Source: the human T2T-CHM13v2.0 reference genome, Homo sapiens. Taken from it: a DNA stretch of 64,000 nucleotides. A program made the translations under genes and the position numbers. The DNA lies in assembly GCF_009914755.1 (NCBI RefSeq), contig NC_060935.1, one strand, 5' to 3'. Below, one piece after another: positions 59,030 through 64,000 of this stretch. The number at the start of each line of letters is the position of its first letter. The first letter of the stretch is position 1. The notes under the pieces were generated by a model. It did no database searches. It was not told the DNA's origin and saw only the letters and a program-made list of their open reading frames with translations.

Positions 59030-59804
59030 AGGTCTTCTATTCTTAAAAGATTCAGAGATTTCCTTTGACTTTGGCCGTGATATGTGATTGGGCAGGAAAA
59101 AAGAAAAGCTAAGGCTAAGTTATACTAGGGACTCTTCTTTCTATAAATCAGAGACTTGTCATTACCTTATCCTTAATCCATATTCCAGTCAGAGTTCTTC
59201 AGAAATTACATTCCTTTCAGTTACATCTTCTTAAAGGACTTACTGGGTCAGGGACACATGTGGTAGAATTTAGACAAATTAGATCATCTTAATTGTTGGG
59301 CAGTGAGTTTTAGTAGCTCTTAAAAAAACATTTTTAGGCAGTGAGAAACAAAGATCCAACAATAAAGAAGAAATCAATCTGTGATAAAAAAGTAAAGTCA
59401 GCAAGATTCATGACAGCTATTGGGCTTTCTATTGAGTAGCACAGTTTGGAATTTACTGAAGACTCTGCTTTCACTGGGCTTCAGGCTTCAGAACTCTCTC
59501 TTTTGTTTAGGCGAGTAGTGTAGACTATATTGCTCAGGAAGCCTGTTTCTGTCAAAGGAACCATGACAATCCAGCTGTGTTCTTTTCATCATTAGCCTCA
59601 GCTGTGTCATTTTTCAAATAACTTAATGACACATCCAAAGCAAAATTAAGTTATCTTGGCTACAAATGTCAATATCACCCATGACATCAGTGCTGGTCTT
59701 ACATAGCCTCTCTACTTGGACCTCTGGCCATCACTGCAGATGCAGCTGTGAGTGGTTCCTTCATCCTCCTCCAACTTGCCCGTTTCTGTCAGCATTCAAA
59801 GGAT

Positions 59805-59960
59805 CGGTCATTCAACAACAGCAGACCTTTAATGAACAAATGTTCAGTGCCAGGCATTAGGCTGGGAGAGTCAGTCAGGATCAAAATGACAAGGGAAATA
59901 CAAAGATACACAAAAGGGAAAAGACATTTCCTCTCTCACAAAGCTGATAGCCTGTTGAGA
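59805..59960 (-). mobile_element. L2 3' end
   Basis: tcattcaac...tttaatgaacaaatgttcagtgccaggcattaggctgg. Confidence 0.65.
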
Positions 59961-62239
59961 ATTAGTGTAAGTGAGAGAAGGAATGACTGGAAACCCACTG
60001 CCCCATTGAGTATTGGTTAGAGAAGAAGCATGAGACTTCTTGCATACTCTTTCTTCTCAGAGCCCCAGATGTGATTTACAGGTGTCTAGCCCTATTGTCC
60101 TGTTATCTTAGAAGAGAGGATGGCTCAAAAGAGAGAATGGCTAAGAGGGGGTCAGGAAGGATGAATTTTCATTTTTGCACCATTTGTTTCAGTAACAAAA
60201 TAAAGACAATGTAAACTGCCTCCAGCTTGTTGAAAAGATTAAATTCTCTCACTTTTGCAATGAATCATTCCAAAGAATGGCAATAACTGCAGAATCTCTC
60301 TGTCATTAATGGCACTGAAGTCACAAATGCCTTTCTCAGAGAAGGGCTTGGCAAATAGCAATGCACCTTTCATTTCCACTAAGTAGTCAGCTAACCTACA
60401 GGCTGACAGGAACATACGTTAAGAACTATAGTAACTTCATGACTGTGTGCCTCTGTGTGGTTATGAAGATCTCCCAAGGAAATAAGAGCAAGGTAACTAT
60501 GAATAATGGGGTTTGTCTTTCCTTGCTGAGCTTTTGAATATGTATCCTATATACTATGTAAATGATTCTGACTCTATCATATTCTAAATAATGACATCCC
60601 TTATTATACATGAGGCTTTGGTTTTCAAAATAAATGAACCAGCCTGTCAGGCATATGGAGTTCCTGGAAATAAATTAGAATCTCAGCAAAAGCCGCATGC
60701 TGTTTGGATATTGCGTTTTTTACCTTAATATACTGCATATCCCTCCTTCAGGTGACAGATACTCTTGAGGTTTGGGAGGTCCATGTACTTCATGTTATGT
60801 TTGGTGCATACTCTGGGATGGATCACAGTCATGTGGAAGTCTGAATGTCACTATATGCATTTTATTGACTTTACCTTCAATAAATAGAACTCTGTCAGAT
60901 GCCTTTCAGAAAGGTTGAGAGGTACTCATTGGACTGGGTGATAGGGTGACCATTTGCATATTAAATTTAAGCTACATTAAGTAATGTGGAGAGCAGACAG
61001 GCATGTATATGCAAGTATGTATCTAACCCTGAACTCATACGTCTTTTCATAATCTATTGAACGTGATCTTGAACCAAATGCAGTAAAGCAGTCAGAGGCC
61101 TTTTAGGACCTTTGTGTCTTGGGCATTCTTTACTCTTGTTTCCACATGAGTTTGCCTTAGCTAAGATCTCCAGTGTATTCCACTGTGATTGTCGATTTTT
61201 ATAGCATCTCTCTTATTCTTTATTTACCTGTAAGTGAATTAAAATAAGCTGTATTGTGAATTTGGACTTTTGGAGCCCAGATTTCATAAATGGGGAAAGC
61301 ATTGCTTGGAGTTGTATTTAAATCTAAATGAATACGAGTTCTGAAATGTGGTTCCCCTACTTTTTGCTACACATCTGGACCCACTGAATTTTACAATTGA
61401 ATTGGACACTTGAAGCACGTCTCATAGGAAATGTCAGCACCAATAATTTTCAGAAGTCATGAAGACATTCCGATGTAAATTTTGCTATCCTGGGTTGTGC
61501 ACGTGAAGGAGTATGTGAAACTTGGCCAATTGTGCTGAGCATACTTGATTTCCAATACCTGTTAATCCCTTCTTGTGAACTGTCAGTGTTTTTAAAGGAA
61601 CCCAATGACGATTGGTCTGGTAGTGATATTAGTCATGTTTCAGACTATAAGAGTGCTTATTCACTGATTGATTATTAACTTCTTGGAGCCCCTACTAATC
61701 TCATATAAGCCATGTCTGACTAAGAAAATTCAGATTCCATGCCTACAAGCATAATCAGCCCATTTTATTCTCCCATTTACCCACATTTCTCTAGGTTAAT
61801 GCATTAATTAGTTGTTATAATATTATGAGTATATTAATGCTAACAGCTAGAGGCACAGACACAAATGAATTAAGCCAGGCTGACTTCCAGACCAAATCTT
61901 CTCTTGGTCAGGAATCAACCATCTAGCCCTTTCCATCTGAATCAGTACCTGCATGATGGATGGGAGATTAATGAGTGTAACACCTTCTAGGATCTCCAGG
62001 GCTTCATCATTAGTATCTGCCACTCTAGAGCAAACGTCCCCAGAAACTACCTTTAATGCTGTCTGCCATCTTTTTTATGTTGGGGAGCAACTAATTTTTC
62101 TAAGTCTAATAAATTATACTATGAGAACCATGCATACTCAAGAGCTGGGTGCCTCTCTCCATAGTTCAGGGAGCATCACAGAGTCCTGTAGTTCTTTACA
62201 AACAGCACTGCAATGTGGTTGTGAAAAAAATCAAGATCA

Positions 62240-62300
62240 CTTCTCTCTTTCTCTCTCTCTCAATCTCTCTTTCTCTCCTCCCCCATGCCCCATCTCTCTC
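62240..62300. repeat. (CT)n-rich tract
   Basis: cttctctctttctctctctctcaatctctctttctctcc. Confidence 0.8.
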
Positions 62301-63089
62301 TGAGGTCCCTAACTTACCTGGCCTGCCCACTTTGCTGGGAACCATTTAATGTCTGAGCATGGTGCTTGAAAAGATACCTGAGCATAGAAATGATTCTGCA
62401 ACAGAAATGCCTGAGTTGTGTGAGTCTACTCAGCCAGTGAGGAGGATGTATTTGAGGGGCCTGCTGGTTCTATTCATTGTATTGTGATTTTCATCCTTTA
62501 CTAGTCAGTGGCAGTGTTTATTTATAGGTAGACTCTGTTTTTGAGAATCACCACTTAGCATTATGGGCTATCTGGGTTGTAGTCACACCTAGCCACTTTA
62601 CAAGTGTGTTTTCTGCAGTGGAAATATAATTTATATAATCACCTTACAGGAAAGGGCCGGAGCTACATTGGTTCATGAGTTTGATGTCGGCGACGTCCAT
62701 GGACAATGCCAGGCCAGTTTCCCTAATGGCTTATACATGCCACCTCCATATCGTTCCTCCTCAGAACATCGATTTCCCCTACTGTCCTTGGCCAGACCCT
62801 ACTTATCATTTTAATACCTTTCAGTTCCTGGCAGTCTTCATTTTAGTATTCTGATTTTTTTTGCCCTTTTTTTCTTTAAATATATTGGAACAGGGAGTTT
62901 AGAGAGGCTACATCAGGGTCCTCTAACTGATTCTGAAGACACAAGAGAATCTCAGGACAGATTTTAGGTTCTCCCTGCCCTCAAGCCTGCTGTATACTGC
63001 TTGGAGTCAGGAGCTTTTGGGCCAAGCAGCTGTGGGACAGGAGCCTCTCACTCCTGCCAACTGTGAGAACCACCAGCCAGGGTGAGGTG

Positions 63090-63255
63090 CTTCATCCTGC
63101 TGAACATGATGTTTGCTTTTAAATCTAAAAACAGATATGATAGTACATTCCTCAGAGGAACTCTATGGATTTGTTAAATGAAATAATGCACATAAACAGC
63201 TTAGCCTGGTGCCTGAGTCCTAAGTGCTCAGTAATTATTAATTACTGCCATTATG
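63090..63255 (+). mobile_element. MIR
   Basis: ttaaatgaaataatgcacataaacagcttagcctggtgcctgag...taagtgctcagtaattatta. Confidence 0.75.
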
Positions 63256-63691
63256 ACTATTATTTTATTGTTATTAATAGAACAGGTTAGAAACATGAGA
63301 AAGTTTTAGTGTAAATGCATACACATAAAAGTAAGGACACAGAGTCATAAAATAGTTTATATGAATCATTGCTGTAAGTTTCATGCCAGATAGTCCTTTA
63401 AATATTGAGCACACTGCACTTTCACCTTTTAATACTTATTTTATGAATGCAGTTAGTATGAACTCTTTCAGGTAGGCCAACTGTATAGAGTATTTAATGA
63501 ATCATTTTGAGTAAAAGGTAGCCCTGTATTGTTTTCTTTCTCAATTCCCATTTTATGGGCCCCAATGTTGTGTCACTGTTTCTTTCCCCAACATAAGGCA
63601 CAGTTGGTGAATGTGAATGTGGCTTCCTGTCCATCATTCAACCCAGGATGATGAAGGAATTTAGATACTACGTGATAGAAAAACAGTGTTC

Positions 63692-63979
63692 TGGTCTGGG
63701 CATGGTGGCTCACACCTGCAATCCCAGCACTTTGGAAGGTGGATTGTTTGAGTTCAGGAGTTTGAGACCAGCCAGGGCAACATGGTGAAACCCTGTCTCA
63801 ACAAAACATACAGAATTAGCCAGGCATGATAGCATGCACCTGTAGTCCCAGCTACTCGGGAGGCTGAGGTGGGAGGATCCCTTAAGCCCAGGGATCAAGG
63901 CTGCAGTGAGCCAAGATTGTACCACTGCACTCCAGCATGGATGACAGAGAGAGACCCTGTCCCCTACCACACACAAAAA
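63692..63979 (+). mobile_element. AluJ
   Basis: gaggctgaggtgggaggatcccttaagcccagg, gagaccctgtc (AluJ diagnostics). Confidence 0.95.
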
Positions 63980-64000
63980 ATGTTCACCATATACTATGCA

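Noticed and set aside
62689-62706. GDVHGQ matches the PPP-phosphatase / metallophosphoesterase motif
   Set aside because: Flanking residues do not match the PP2A/PP1 context, and no GDxVDRG or GNHE motifs are nearby; probably chance.
63645-63700. Box C-like ATGATGA suggesting a C/D snoRNA
   Set aside because: No suitably placed box D (CTGA) or terminal stem; runs into an Alu.

Overview
Primate (human-like) AT-rich genomic DNA, most likely part of a very large intron or a gene-poor region. I found no confidently recognisable host coding exon, RNA gene or CpG island, and I cannot name the locus. About half the window is interspersed repeat: 14 Alus, MIRs, L2 and L3/CR1 relics, old L1M fragments, seven solo LTRs (MER41A, THE1D, MSTA/THE1D, four MLT1) and MER5/MER53 DNA-transposon relics. 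The only ORFs with recognisable products belong to a minus-strand L1PA5/6-like element (38315-41382): a broken ORF1, the ORF2 endonuclease domain and an antisense ORF0. This element is unusual. It keeps its whole 5'UTR (YY1 site, ZNF93-type 129-bp segment, antisense promoter/ORF0) but has lost its 3' half at a junction with an AluSq, which implies a roughly 3.3-kb deletion. Other points: a triple-nested MIR>MER53>MER41A stack, a close inverted Alu pair, several short tandem duplications, repeat-poor homeodomain-motif-rich islands, and a few weak + strand cryptic-exon or recursive-splice candidates. I see no evidence for a new multi-gene system. Repeat subfamily calls come from remembered consensus sequences, and boundaries of old repeats are approximate.
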